DNA of 21,791 nucleotides from Tubiluchus corallicola (Eukaryota; Animalia; Priapulida): NCBI GenBank assembly GCA_030141605.1, contig JAQGDQ010001897.1, positions 1 to 21,791 of the forward strand, read 5' to 3'. Shown piece by piece: positions 11,244 to 21,791 of this stretch (position 1 is its first letter; each line of letters starts with the position of its first letter). The notes under the pieces were generated by a model. It saw only the letters and a program-made list of their open reading frames with translations, ran no database searches and was not told where the DNA came from. The position numbers and the translations under genes were made by a program.

Positions 11244-12211
11244 GGTAAGGTAAGGTAAGGTGAGGTAAGGTAAGGTAAGGTAAGGTAAGGTAAGGTAAGG
11301 TAAGGTAAGGTAAGGTAAGGTAAGGTAAGGCAAGGCAAGGCAAGGCAAGGCAAGGCAAGGCAAGGCAAGGCAAGGCAAGGCAAGGCAAGGCAAGGCAAGG
11401 CAAGGCAAGGCAAGGTAAGGTAAGGTAAGGTAAGGTAAGGTAGGGTAAGGTAAGGTAAGGTAAGGTAAGGTAAGGTAAGGTAAGGTAAGGTAAGGTAAGG
11501 TAAGGTAAGATAAGGTAAGGTAAGGTAAGGCAAGGCAAGGCAAGGCAAGGCAAGGCAAGGCAAGGCAAGGCAAGGTAAGGTAAGGTAAGGTAAGGTAAGG
11601 TAAGGTAAGGTAAGGTAAGGTAAGGTAAGGTAAGGTAAGCTAAGGTAAGGTAAGGTAAGGTAAGGTAAGGTAAGGTAAGGTAAGGTAGGGTAGGGTAAGG
11701 TAAGGTAAGGTAAGGTAAGGTAAGGTAAGGTAAGGTAAGGTAAGGTAAGGTAAGGTAAGGTAAGCTAAGGTAAGGTAAGATAAGGTAAGGCAAGGCAAGG
11801 TAAGGCAAGGCAAGGTAAGGTAAGGTAAGCTAAGGTAAGGTAAGATAAGGTAAGGCAAGGCAAGGTAAGGCAAGGCAAGGTAAGGTAAGGTAAGATAAGG
11901 TAAGGCAAGGCAAGGTAAGGTAAGGTAAGGTAAGGCAAGGTAAGGTAAGGTAAGGTAAGGTAAGGCAAGGTAAGGCAAGGCAAGGTAAGGTAAGGTAAGG
12001 TAAGGTAAGGTAAGGTAAGGTAAGGTAAGGTAAGGTAAGGTAAGGTAAGGTAAGGTAAGGTAAGGTAAGGTAAGGTAAGGTAAGGTAAGGTAGGGAAAGG
12101 TAAGGTAAGGTAAGGTAAGGTAAGGAAAGGTAAGGTAAGGTAAGGTAAGGTAAGGTAAGGTAAGGTAAGGTAAGGTAAGGTACGGTAAGGTAAGGTAAGG
12201 TAAGGCAAGGT
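11244..12211. repeat. (TAAGG/CAAGG)n pentanucleotide microsatellite, ~190 units
   Basis: Directly visible. Explains all YLTLP/CLALP ORFs. Confidence 0.97.
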
Positions 12212-12528
12212 GGACACGATAGTCTACTAGCAGACGTACTGTCGATTATACATTTCAATTGTTAAAAATTGTCTGGTAGGTGTCACTGCGCCTTTTTCAT
12301 GTATTTGCTCAGCCAAACTTTACAACCTGGATACGCCCTTGATGTGCCCTGTTTCCTATTGTGTCCTCCTGGATACGCCCTGGAGTGTGTTCAAGTCTTG
12401 CCAACCGCTAACGTGAATTTAGGGTTTAGTGTATTCCTATTTGAAAATTTTTTACCCCAAGTGACAGTGGACATTGGACATACAACCTATTCAGCAGCCG
12501 CTCCTATTGGCCAAGGCGACAATGTTAA

Positions 12529-14866
12529 AGCAAAACTGGACCCAATGTTAAACTGTGTGTCAAAACAATCTACTCTTTAAAATATTAAAACGAAACATAC
12601 AATTTTTTCAAAAATAACTTACGTGAAAGAATTATTACCACACAAAAACAATTTCACGTTCACGTCACTAGTTCCTCACTGTTACATGCATTTGGCCATT
12701 CGCTAGATAGACGGGCACTAGCGCCTGCATTTCGCAAACGTAGTGCACAAAAAACAGGTGCTGTAGCCCTTAGTTCAGATGTGTTCGCTTCTGACGTATA
12801 GCCATGCACAGCTCTAAATTTTAAATTTGAATTTTTATGTTAAAACTTACCTAGTTTTAGCACAACACACTGATTATCTTACAGTAGCTCTGTACTTCCA
12901 TTTTCTCTTTCACAAAGATGTGTAACTATGTTAGTTTGTGACGTCATCAAAAGGTGGGGTCGACCACCGTTAATTGAGGTTTTAATCTATTGTTTAATTG
13001 TCAGAAACGCTTTTGCAGTACTCATTGTGTTAAAATATATTCTTTTTATCGTACTTGATAATGGGTAGTATATGAAAAATCGTCGTGTCTTTTTTATACT
13101 TATAATTTACTCTTACAAGCAAAAAAACTGTTTTGCGGCTAAGTTTAAAAATGTATAAACATTTCTTAGTTATGAAAATCGTAAAACAATCACGCAATAA
13201 TGAGTATTGTGCAGTATGACTATGCCAGAGACGCTAGTGATATCATGACTACGTTTTCCAGGCGGTAGCGTGATATTCATGATCGTGAACTGCAGTGTTA
13301 GTATCTGACGTGATGTGATGTAGAGCCCATTTTTTTGCGACATCATGCGTTTAAGCAGCACTGTAACATGTATGCAAATGTGCTTGACGTGCAAGGGAAG
13401 ATGCTTGCCATTGTCCAAACTGTGGTTAGTTTCTGACGTAGGCAATATCTGTGTTCGATTGCCGTTAATTAACTTTCTAAGCTAATTATTCAAACATAAG
13501 AAACAAATGCTAACTTTTATAGGAAAGAGAATGTATATTTTGACAGTAAATTAAAATGAGATTGAGTCTAAACAATCGTCCAGTCTTCCTTTCTTAGAAA
13601 GAACCTGTTTTTCTGTTTCAATAATTCTTTCACGTAAGGCATTCCTTAAAAAAGTACTATGTTCCCTTTCAATATTTTAAAGAATAGATTATTTTTTCCT
13701 ACAGTTTAGGACTGGATTCGGTTTTCCTTTCAGCTTTTCAGGTTTTCTGGAGCAAATCACTGTATCTAAAGCGGTATAATTTGATACTCATCACCCAACA
13801 CGGTGTAATTAAACTGCTGACAATCAATAATACGTGTTTATTCCACGTAGTGTGTGTTCAACTAATCCACGTAGTATAATTCTCTGTAAATTATGTGGCT
13901 GTACAGTTAGTTTAAACATAATTTATTATAGGATTGGATCAGACAGTTTGAACAACATGATTTGTGATCCTCACCACAACAGTCTATACACACTATTTAC
14001 AAAAATATCTACGGTAAGAATAGACTATAACTACATAAGCTAACTGTACAGTTATATTATGTATCTCTATGTACACGAAATGAGATTAATTTGCCTAGTA
14101 TAACCCAGGTATGACGGAACGCAACACAAATATTGTTTTAATAATTCCACAAGTGCGGTTAGACTTAAACCGGCGTGTACTAAGTTGAATTTGTGCAGAG
14201 CTAACGTGTAATGGCTGTCGAATGATTCGAAATAGAAATTCTTATACGTGAACGATTGCAGAAGCTGTACAGTGGAACACACCAATCCTAATGTGAACCA
14301 TAAAGTGCTAAGACGAGGAAAATTCGTCGAAGAAGACGGTGCAAACGTTTTTTGTGAAAATGGCGCCTCGTGAGCAAAGATGAGGGAAGGATTGAGCGTA
14401 GGAAATAACGAGCATAATGTCACAACAAGTTTTGGTAAGAAATGTATTTTTATTGCTTCAAAGGATGATTTTTCATGCACTACCCCGTTTTCAAATCAGT
14501 TAAAAAAAGTACAGTAAAACAAGTTCGCTCAATTTGCAAATTTAAGAAAAAACCGGATGATTGTGTAAACACGAGTTCAGAATAAAGAATGCTCTAAAAT
14601 ATTGAAAACTACAATAGCTTATTTTAAATCAAAGCTTAGATTAAATAATAATTACCACGGATACTCAAATTTTGTTAAACTTTCAAAGCTACTCACGGCT
14701 CAAGTCAGTTAAAAAGAATACAGTAAAAATTTACGAAATAAACAATTTTTCTGTTTTAATAACTCTTTCACGCAAATCATTCTTTAAAAAATAGTACTTT
14801 TCTTTTCAATGTTTTAAAGAGTAGATTGTTTTCAGCTACAGTTTAAGATTTGGATCCAGTTTTGCT
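12529..14866. mobile_element. Kolobok-like non-autonomous DNA transposon (TTAA-flanked, AG..CT termini, ~110-bp imperfect inverted ends)
   Basis: TTAA|agcaaaactggacccaatgttaaactgt at 12525 and acagtttaagatttggatccagttttgct|TTAA ending at 14870. Inverted similarity extends over ~12529-12636 vs ~14758-14866. A third, more diverged terminus lies at ~13620-13730. Confidence 0.65.
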
Positions 14867-14950
14867 TTAACGTTTGATCTGGTGCTCGAATCAAATTTCA
14901 CAATTAAAAGGTGATTTGTTTTCCAGGATTATTATCGATTACCTTATCGA

Positions 14951-15523
14951 AAACACTGATGTCACATTATTTACGTCATTGTTTGACACCCAATAAAAAG
15001 TCAGATTTCATGGGACAGACAAATGTCTCCAACAACGTTCTTAGATAAAACACTAGAGCAATATTATTTACGTCATTGTTTAACACCCAATAAAATGTCA
15101 GATTTCATGGGACAGACAAATGTCTCCAAAAACTTTCTTAGCAAAAACACTAGAGCAATATTATTTACGTCATTATTTGACGCCCAATAAAAAGTCCAAA
15201 TTTCGTCAGACAGACCAATGTGTCCAAAAACTTTCTTAGCAAAAACAATAGAGCAATATTATTTACGTCATTGCTTAACATACAATAAAAAGTCAGATTT
15301 CATGGGACAGACAAATGTGTCCAAAAACTTTCTTAGCAAAAACACTAGAGCAATATTATTTACGTCATTGTTTAACACCCAATAAAAAGTCAGATTTCAT
15401 GGGACAGACCAATGTGTCCAAAAACTTTCTTAGCAAAAACACTAGAGCAATATTATTTACGTCATTGTTTAACACCCAATAAAAAGTCAGATTTCATGGG
15501 ACAGACCAATGTGTCCAAAAACT
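14951..15523. repeat. 97-bp minisatellite, ~6 copies, truncated by the inversion breakpoint
   Basis: Unit atattatttacgtcattgtttaacacccaataaaaagtcagatttcatgggacagacaaatgtgtccaaaaactttcttagcaaaaacactagagca (starts at 15061, 15158). Confidence 0.93.
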
Positions 15524-15554
15524 CTTATTAAAAAATAATTTGGGACTGAAAGGG
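15519..15554. mobile_element. Truncated end (36 bp) of the piggyBac-like MITE at the copy B breakpoint
   Basis: aaactcttattaaaaaataatttgggactgaaaggg|TTAA is the reverse complement of 10497-10532. Confidence 0.85.
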
Positions 15555-16019
15555 TTAAAAATATTGCAACAGGTTGGCATCAAATTTCTTTGTTTGGTTA
15601 TAGGAACACAACAACATATGTACGTTTAATCGAAATCAGTTTATTCAATAATTACTAAAAATTTCCTCAGTTTTTATACAATTAGAATATTCACTAACTG
15701 TAGAAATCAGCCTGTAGAAATCAACATGCTCATTACTGAGTGCAGACGTCACGTGACATCAATGGTTCCTTGGTAATTCCAGGAACGTAAATGTACCGAT
15801 TATTTCGTTTCGCTTCATTTTGAACATTGACAACGAAAATTGTATCGAAATGTCGTCTGGTCTCAGGAAACAGCATGTTGAATTAACGTTGAATTAGCAT
15901 TGTTTCTATTTTTCATAAATTTTTTAACCAAATCCATCCAGCAATGGTGCATCCACTACTAGTTGCTTGGTTTCCAGGATGCATCTAATCTCCAGTGCAA
16001 TGTGGATTCGTATGAAATG

Positions 16020-16048
16020 TCAATCATATGGGCAACGCCTGCATCTTT
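16020..16048 (-). pseudogene. Copy B of exon 3 ((K)RCRRCPYD*), intact
   Basis: Exact reverse complement of 10003-10031 with the acceptor retained. PolyA signal copy (tttatt) at 15640-15645. Confidence 0.7.
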
Positions 16049-16108
16049 CTGAAAAGATGCATACATCATTTAATCAACTGAATACACTTTATTCTTTTAT
16101 TAATACAC

Positions 16109-16702
16109 TCGTTCGTTCGTTCGTGCATCCGTACGTTCGTTCGTTCATTCATTCATTCATTCATTCATTCATTCATTCATTCATTCATTCATTCATTCAT
16201 TCGTTTGTTCGTTCGTTCGTTCGTTCGTTCGTTCGTTCATTCGTTCGTTCATTCATTCATTCATTCATTCATTCATTCATTCATTCATTCATTCATTCAA
16301 TCATTCAATCATTCACTCATTCATTCATTCATTCATTCATTCATTCATTCATTCATTCATTCATTCATTCATTCACTCATTCGTCCACATATCTTTTCAT
16401 TCATCCGTCCATTCATTCGTTCGTTCATTGTTAGTTCGTTCGTTCGTTCATTTTTTTCGTTCGTTCATTCATTCGCTTGTTCGTTCACTCACTCACTCAT
16501 TCATTCATTCTTTCATTAATTTGTTCATTCATTCATTCATTCATTCATTCATTCATTCATTCATTCATTCATTCTTTCTTTCTTTCTTTCTTTCATTAAT
16601 TTGTTCATTCATTCATTCATTCACTTATTCATTCGTCCATTCATTCATTCATTTATTCATTCATTCATACTATATTATTCATTCGTTCATTTTCTCATTC
16701 AC
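16109..16702. repeat. (TTCA/TTCG)n microsatellite, mirror of 9225-9942
   Basis: Directly visible. Same interruptions in reverse order, with shorter pure runs. Confidence 0.97.
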
Positions 16703-16821
16703 TTGAGTTAAACGTTACAGTGCATCAATTACTAAAAAGATTCACTATTGGTCGGCGAATAAAACCACGTTAACTTAATTCGTCAAGTAACTCGTTAAAG
16801 CGTGTTCATACGAGAGAGTGA

Positions 16822-18849
16822 AACTTGCTGTTGAGTGTCGAGTTCGGTTGAGAAGTGTCTAGAGTAACTCGCCGAAGCGTTCACACTAGACACAGCAGAT
16901 CAACAACTTGCTGTTGAGTGTCGAGTTCGGTTAAGAAGTGTCTAGAGTAAGTCGCTGAAGCGTTCACACTAGACACAGCAGACCAACAACTTGCTGTTGA
17001 ATGTCGAGTTCGGTTAAGAAGTGTCTAGAGTAAGTCCCCGAAGCGTTCAAGCTAGACACAGCAGACCAACAACTTGCTGTTGAGTGTCGAGTTCGGTTAA
17101 GAAGTGTCTAGAGTAAGTCGCCGAAGCGTTCACACTAGTCACAGCAGACCAACAACTTGCTGTTGAGTGTCGAGTTCGGTTAAGAAGTGTCTAGAGTAAC
17201 TCGACGAAGCGTTCACACTAGACACAGCAGATCAACAACTTGCTGTTGAGTGTCGAGTTCGGTTAAGAAGTGTCTAGAGTAACTCGCTGAAGCGTTCACA
17301 CTAGTCACAGCAGACCAACAACTTGCTGTTGAGTGTCAAGTTCGGTTAAGAAGTGCCTAGAGTAACTCGCCGAAGCGTTCACACTAGACACAACAGACCA
17401 ACAACTTGCTGTTGAGTGTCGAGTTCGGTTAAGAAGTGTCTAGAGTAACTCGCCGAAGCGTTCACACTAGACACAGCAGACCAACAACTTGCTGTTGAGT
17501 GTCGAGTTCGGTTAAGAAGTGTCTAGAGTAACTCGCCGAAGCGTTCACACTAGACACAGCAGACCAACAACTTGCTGTTGAGTGTCGAGTTCGGTTAAGA
17601 AGTGTCTAGAGTAAGTCGCTGAAGCGTTCACACTAGACACAGCAGACCAACAACTTGCTGTTGAATGTCGAGTTCGGTTAAGAAGTGTCTAGAGTAAGTC
17701 CCCGAAGCGTTCAAGCTAGACACAGCAGATCAACAACTTGCTGTTGAGTGTCGAGTTCGGTTAAGAAGTGTCTAGAGTAAGTCGCCGAAGCGTTCACACT
17801 AGTCACAGCAGACCAACAACTTGCTGTTGAGTGTCGAGTTCGGTTAAGAAGTGTCTAGAGTAACTCGACGAAGCGTTCACACTAGACACAGCAGATCAAC
17901 AACTTGCTGTTGAGTGTCGAGTTCGGTTAAGAAGTGTCTAGAGTAACTCGCCGAAGCGTTCACACTAGTCACAGCAGACCAACAACTTGCTGTTGAGTGT
18001 CAAGTTCGGTTAAGAAGTGCCTAGAGTAACTCGCCGAAGCGTTCACACTAGACACAACAGACCAACAACTTGCTGTTGAGTGTCGAGTTCGGTTAAGAAG
18101 TGTCTAGAGTAACTCGCCGAAGCGTTCACACTAGTCACAGCAGACCAACAACTTGCTGTTGAGTGTCGAGTTCGGTTAAGAAGTGTCTAGAGTAACTCGC
18201 CGAAGCATTCACGCTAGACACAGCAGACCAACAACTTGCTGTTGAGTGTCGAGTTCGGTTAAGAAGTGTCTAGAGTAACTCGCCGAAGCGTTAACACTAG
18301 ACACAGCAGACCAACAACTTGCTGTTTAGAGTAACTCGCCGAAGCGTTCACACTAGACACAGCAGACCAACAACTTGCTGTTGAATGTCGAGTTCGGTTA
18401 AGAAGTGTCTAGAGTAAGTCCCCGAAGCGTTCAAGCTAGACGCAGCAGATCAACAACTTGCTGTTGAGTGTCGAGTTCGGTTAAGAAGTGTCTAGAGTAA
18501 CTCGCCGAAGCGTTCACACTAGTCACAGCAGACCAACAACTTGCTGTTGAGTGTCGAGTTCGGTTAAGAAGTGCCTAGAGTAACTCGCCGAAGCGTTCAC
18601 ACTAGACACAACAGACCAACAACTTGCTGTTGAGTGTCGAGTTCGGTTAAGAAGTGTCTAGAGTAACTCGCCGAAGCATTCACGCTAGACACAGCAGACC
18701 AACAACTTGCTGTTGAGTGTCGAGTTCGGTTAAGAAGTGTCTAGAGTAACTCGCCGAAGCGTTAACACTAGACACAGCAGACCAACAACTTGCTGTTTAG
18801 AGTAACTCGCCGAAGCGTTCACACTAGACACAGCAGACCAGCAACACGC
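16822..18849. repeat. 83-bp minisatellite (inverted copy), ~2.0 kb, with a 664-bp higher-order repeat
   Basis: Reverse complement of the 7798-9107 unit. Variant units recur at exactly 8 x 83 bp. Confidence 0.93.
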
Positions 18850-18907
18850 AATAACTGTCAGAGAGTTAAAAGAAAAGTTGCTTATCTTACCGTGATTTTA
18901 TACTTAC

Positions 18908-19037
18908 TTTCTATTCTGCTAGCGGTTTTTACTATTCCATCAGGTGTGATGAATGCATGGTATATGATTGTGTTTTGACAGCAGCGGTTATGAGGACAGT
19001 CACAGTCATCACCACAGTGTTCATAATTGGATAAAAC
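18908..19037 (-). pseudogene. Copy B of exon 2 with Cys->Arg (CPHNRCC); orphan or alternative exon
   Basis: Reverse complement of 7611-7740 with splice sites intact. TGC->CGC at 18984-18986. No exon 1 lies between it and the 20680 junction. Confidence 0.7.
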
Positions 19038-20679
19038 CTGAATTTTTAATTTTGGTATAAGCAAATACGTGAGGACAGTCACAGTCATCACTACAGCTTT
19101 CATAATTGGATAAAACCTGAATTTTTAATTTTAGTATAAGTAAATACGTGAGGACAGTCACAGTCATCACTACAGCTTTCATAATTGGATAAAACCTGAA
19201 TTTTTAATTTTGGTATAAGCAAATACATGAGGACAGTCACAGTCATCACCACAGCTTTCATAATTGGATGAAACCTGAATTTTTAATTTTAGTATAAGCA
19301 AATACGTGAGGACAGTCACAGTCATCACTACAGCCTTCATAATTGGATAAAACCTGAATTTTTAATTTTAGTATAAGTAAATACATGAGGACAGTCACAG
19401 TCATCACTACAGCCTTCATAATTGGATAAAACCTGAATTTTTAATTTTAGTATAAGCAAATACATGAGGACAGTCACAGTCATCACTAAAGCCTTCATAC
19501 TTGGGTAAAACCTGAATTTTTAATTTTAGTATAAGTAAATATGTGAGGACAGTCACTGTCATCACTACAGCTTTCATAATTGGATAAAACCTGAATTTTT
19601 AATTTTAGTATAAGTAAATACATGAGGACAGTCACAGTCATCACTACAGCTTTCATAATTGGATAAAACCTGAATTTTTAATTTTAGTATAAGCAAATAC
19701 ATGAGGACAGTCACAGTCATCACTACAGCCTTCATAATTGGATAAAACCTGAATTTTTAATTTTAGTATAAGTAAATACATGAGGACAGTCACAGTCATC
19801 ACTAAAGCCTTCATAATTGGATAAAACCCGAATTTTTAATTTTAGTATAAGCAAATACATGAGGACAGTCACAGTCATCACCACAGTGTTCATAATTGGA
19901 TAAAACCTGAATTTTTAATTTTAGTATAAGCAAATACATGAGGACAGTCACAGTCATCACTACAGCTTTCATAATTGGATAAAACCTGAATTTTTAATTT
20001 TAGTTTAAGTAAATACATGAGGACAGTCACAGTCATCACCACAGCTTTCATAATTGGATAAAACCTGAATTTTTAATTTTAGCATAAGTAAATACATGAG
20101 GACAGTCACAGTCATCACTACAGTGTTCATAATTGGATAAAACCTGAATTTTTAATTTTAGTATAAGCAAATACGTGAGGACAGTCACAGTCATCACTAC
20201 AGCTTTCATAATTGGATAAAACCTGAATTTTTAATTTTAGTATAAGTAAATACGTGAGGACAGTCACAGTCATCACTACAGCTTTCATAATTGGATAAAA
20301 CCCGAATTTTTAATTTTAGTATAAGCAAATACATGAGGACAGTCACAGTCATCACTACAGCTTTCATAATTGGATAAAACCCGAATTTTTAATTTTAGTA
20401 TAAGCAAATACATGAGGACAGTCACAGTCATCACTAAAGCTTTCATAATTGGATAAAACCTGAATTTTTAATTTTAGTTTAAGTAAATACATGAGGACAG
20501 TCACAGTCATCACTAAAGCTTTCATAATTGGATAAAACCTGAATTTTTAATTTTAGTATAAGCAAATACGTGAGGACAGTCACAGTCATCACTAAAGCCT
20601 TCATACTTGGGTAAAACCTGAATTTTTAATTTTAGTATAAGCAAATACGTGAGGACAGTCACAGTCATCACTACAGCCT
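18990..20679 (-). repeat. 79-bp acceptor-containing minisatellite (inverted copy), 21 in-register acceptor positions
   Basis: Exon-like starts from 19037 to 20617 span exactly 20 x 79. Three units have AG->GG (19829, 20303, 20382). Confidence 0.95.
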
Positions 20680-20686
20680 GTGAACT

Positions 20687-21791
20687 AATATGTTCATTAG
20701 TTATACAATCATTTTTGTGATCAATGTCATCACCAATGACTTACTGGGCTAGCTTTCAAACGAATCCGGGTAAAAAACTCACCTGGAAAAAAAAGCACAG
20801 GAAAAAAACGAGATAAACTTAACTCTAATCCTAACCCTAACTCTGACCCTAACTCTGACCCTAACGCTGACCGTAACATCTAACACTAATTATGGTAACT
20901 TTCTCTTTGACTTTGTCATCATTTCGTGCAAAGTATGATTGTTTAACCCTTTCATACCCGTTGTATCCCGGGGGATACGAGAATATTTTCTGTCTTTAAA
21001 ATTAATAAAATTTTAAACCTGACAGTTATTTGATCTGTTAATAGTTATTTTGATTTAAGCCAATAACAATAGACTAAAAATGGTGATAAAATGGCAAACT
21101 AAAAAATCTACATAGCACAAAAAACTGCGCAAGGTACAGTACTTTAGAGACGACTTTGTGCAGATCAGCATAGCATGCACACTAAATGTCTTAAATACTT
21201 TAAAAAATTGTCAGCAGTTGCAAAATGAAGCTCATTTTTTGCTTTCGTTGTGTTTTTAAAAAAGTCGGACTTTGTTTTTTGCATATGACAAAGAATGTTG
21301 TGTATCCCACAGGATACATTGGGAACAAAAGCATCAAGCCAAAAAAATTATTATTATATTATATTAATATACTAAACTCTTATTAAAAAATAATTTGGGA
21401 CTGAAAGGGTTAAAAATATTGCAACAGGTTGGCATCAAATTTCTTTGTTTGGTTATAGGAACACAACAACATATGTACGTTTAATCGAAATCAGTTTATT
21501 CAATAATTACTAAAAATTTCCTCAGTTTTTATACAATTAGAATATTCACTAACTGTAGGAATCAGCCTGTAGAAATCAACATGCTCATTACTGAGTGCAG
21601 ACGTCACGTGACATCAATGGTTCCTTGGTAATTCCAGGAACGTAAATGTACCGATTATTTCGTTTCGCTTCATTTTGAACATTGACAACGAAAATTGTAT
21701 CGAAATGTCGTCTGGTTTCAGTAAACAGCATGTTGAATTAACGTTGAATTAGCATTGTTTCTATTTTTCATAAATTTTTTAACCAAATCCA
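20687..21791 (-). repeat. Copy C: inverted duplicate of 10115-11217 (3' UTR, polyA signal, MITE, flank), continues beyond the window
   Basis: Reverse-complement match with scattered substitutions and two 12-bp indels near 20841-20890. PolyA signal copy (tttatt) at 21495-21500. Confidence 0.93.
20947..21409. mobile_element. piggyBac-like MITE, duplicate within copy C
   Basis: TTAA at 20943-20946 and 21410-21413. Same TIRs and same flanks as 10497-10957, so it was co-duplicated rather than newly inserted. Confidence 0.85.

Larger units (their letters stand above)
15519..20679 (-). repeat. Inverted segmental duplication (copy B) of ~6061-10532
   Basis: Reverse complement of the MITE end, 3' UTR, exon 3, TGAA tract, 83-bp array, exon 2 and 79-bp array in mirror order. 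Unique parts are near-identical with scattered substitutions. Confidence 0.95.

Noticed and set aside
9216-12258. SFIH and YLTLP/CLALP ORFs (and mirrors at 15967-16706)
   Set aside because: Stop-free frames of TGAA and TAAGG microsatellites. Their unique tails are antisense to exon 3/UTR or flank.
5982-12382. Possible hAT-like TIR pair cagggcgt (5982) / acgccctg (12375-12382) enclosing exons 2-3
   Set aside because: Only 8 bp match and the flanks (atctgcct vs gagtgtgt) are not a target-site duplication. They are more likely unrelated element ends.
14067-14480. 137-aa minus ORF containing CCVP (reminiscent of a THAP N-terminus)
   Set aside because: The remaining THAP residues (second Cys, W, C-x2-HF) are not found in frame and the start is non-ATG.

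Overview
AT-rich eukaryotic (probably invertebrate animal) DNA dominated by microsatellites and minisatellites. Nearly all ORFs in the supplied track are repeat artefacts. Reading for splice sites reveals a hidden three-exon + strand gene, join(3745..3798, 7611..7740, 10003..10031). It encodes a 70-aa precursor, MTSLVVLICIFYILNPSR|VLSNYEHCGDDCDCPHNCCCQNTIIYHAFITPDGIVKTASRIE|KRCRRCPYD*, read as a ~21-aa signal peptide plus a 49-aa mature peptide with 8 Cys in a framework I do not recognise. The exon-2 acceptor has been amplified into a 79-bp array. Each unit is a 31-nt GT..AG segment plus a 48-nt in-frame variant copy of the first 16 codons, giving a potential micro-cassette reservoir. The gene's 3' part occurs three times: copy A (+), an inverted copy B (15519-20679; no exon 1 of its own, one Cys->Arg change) and the downstream end of a copy C (20687-end, -) in tandem with B. 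Also present: a piggyBac-like MITE, a Kolobok-like TTAA element, an intronic 83/56-bp hairpin repeat resembling Helitron 3' ends, and 75-bp and 97-bp minisatellites. All calls are by eye; no searches were run.
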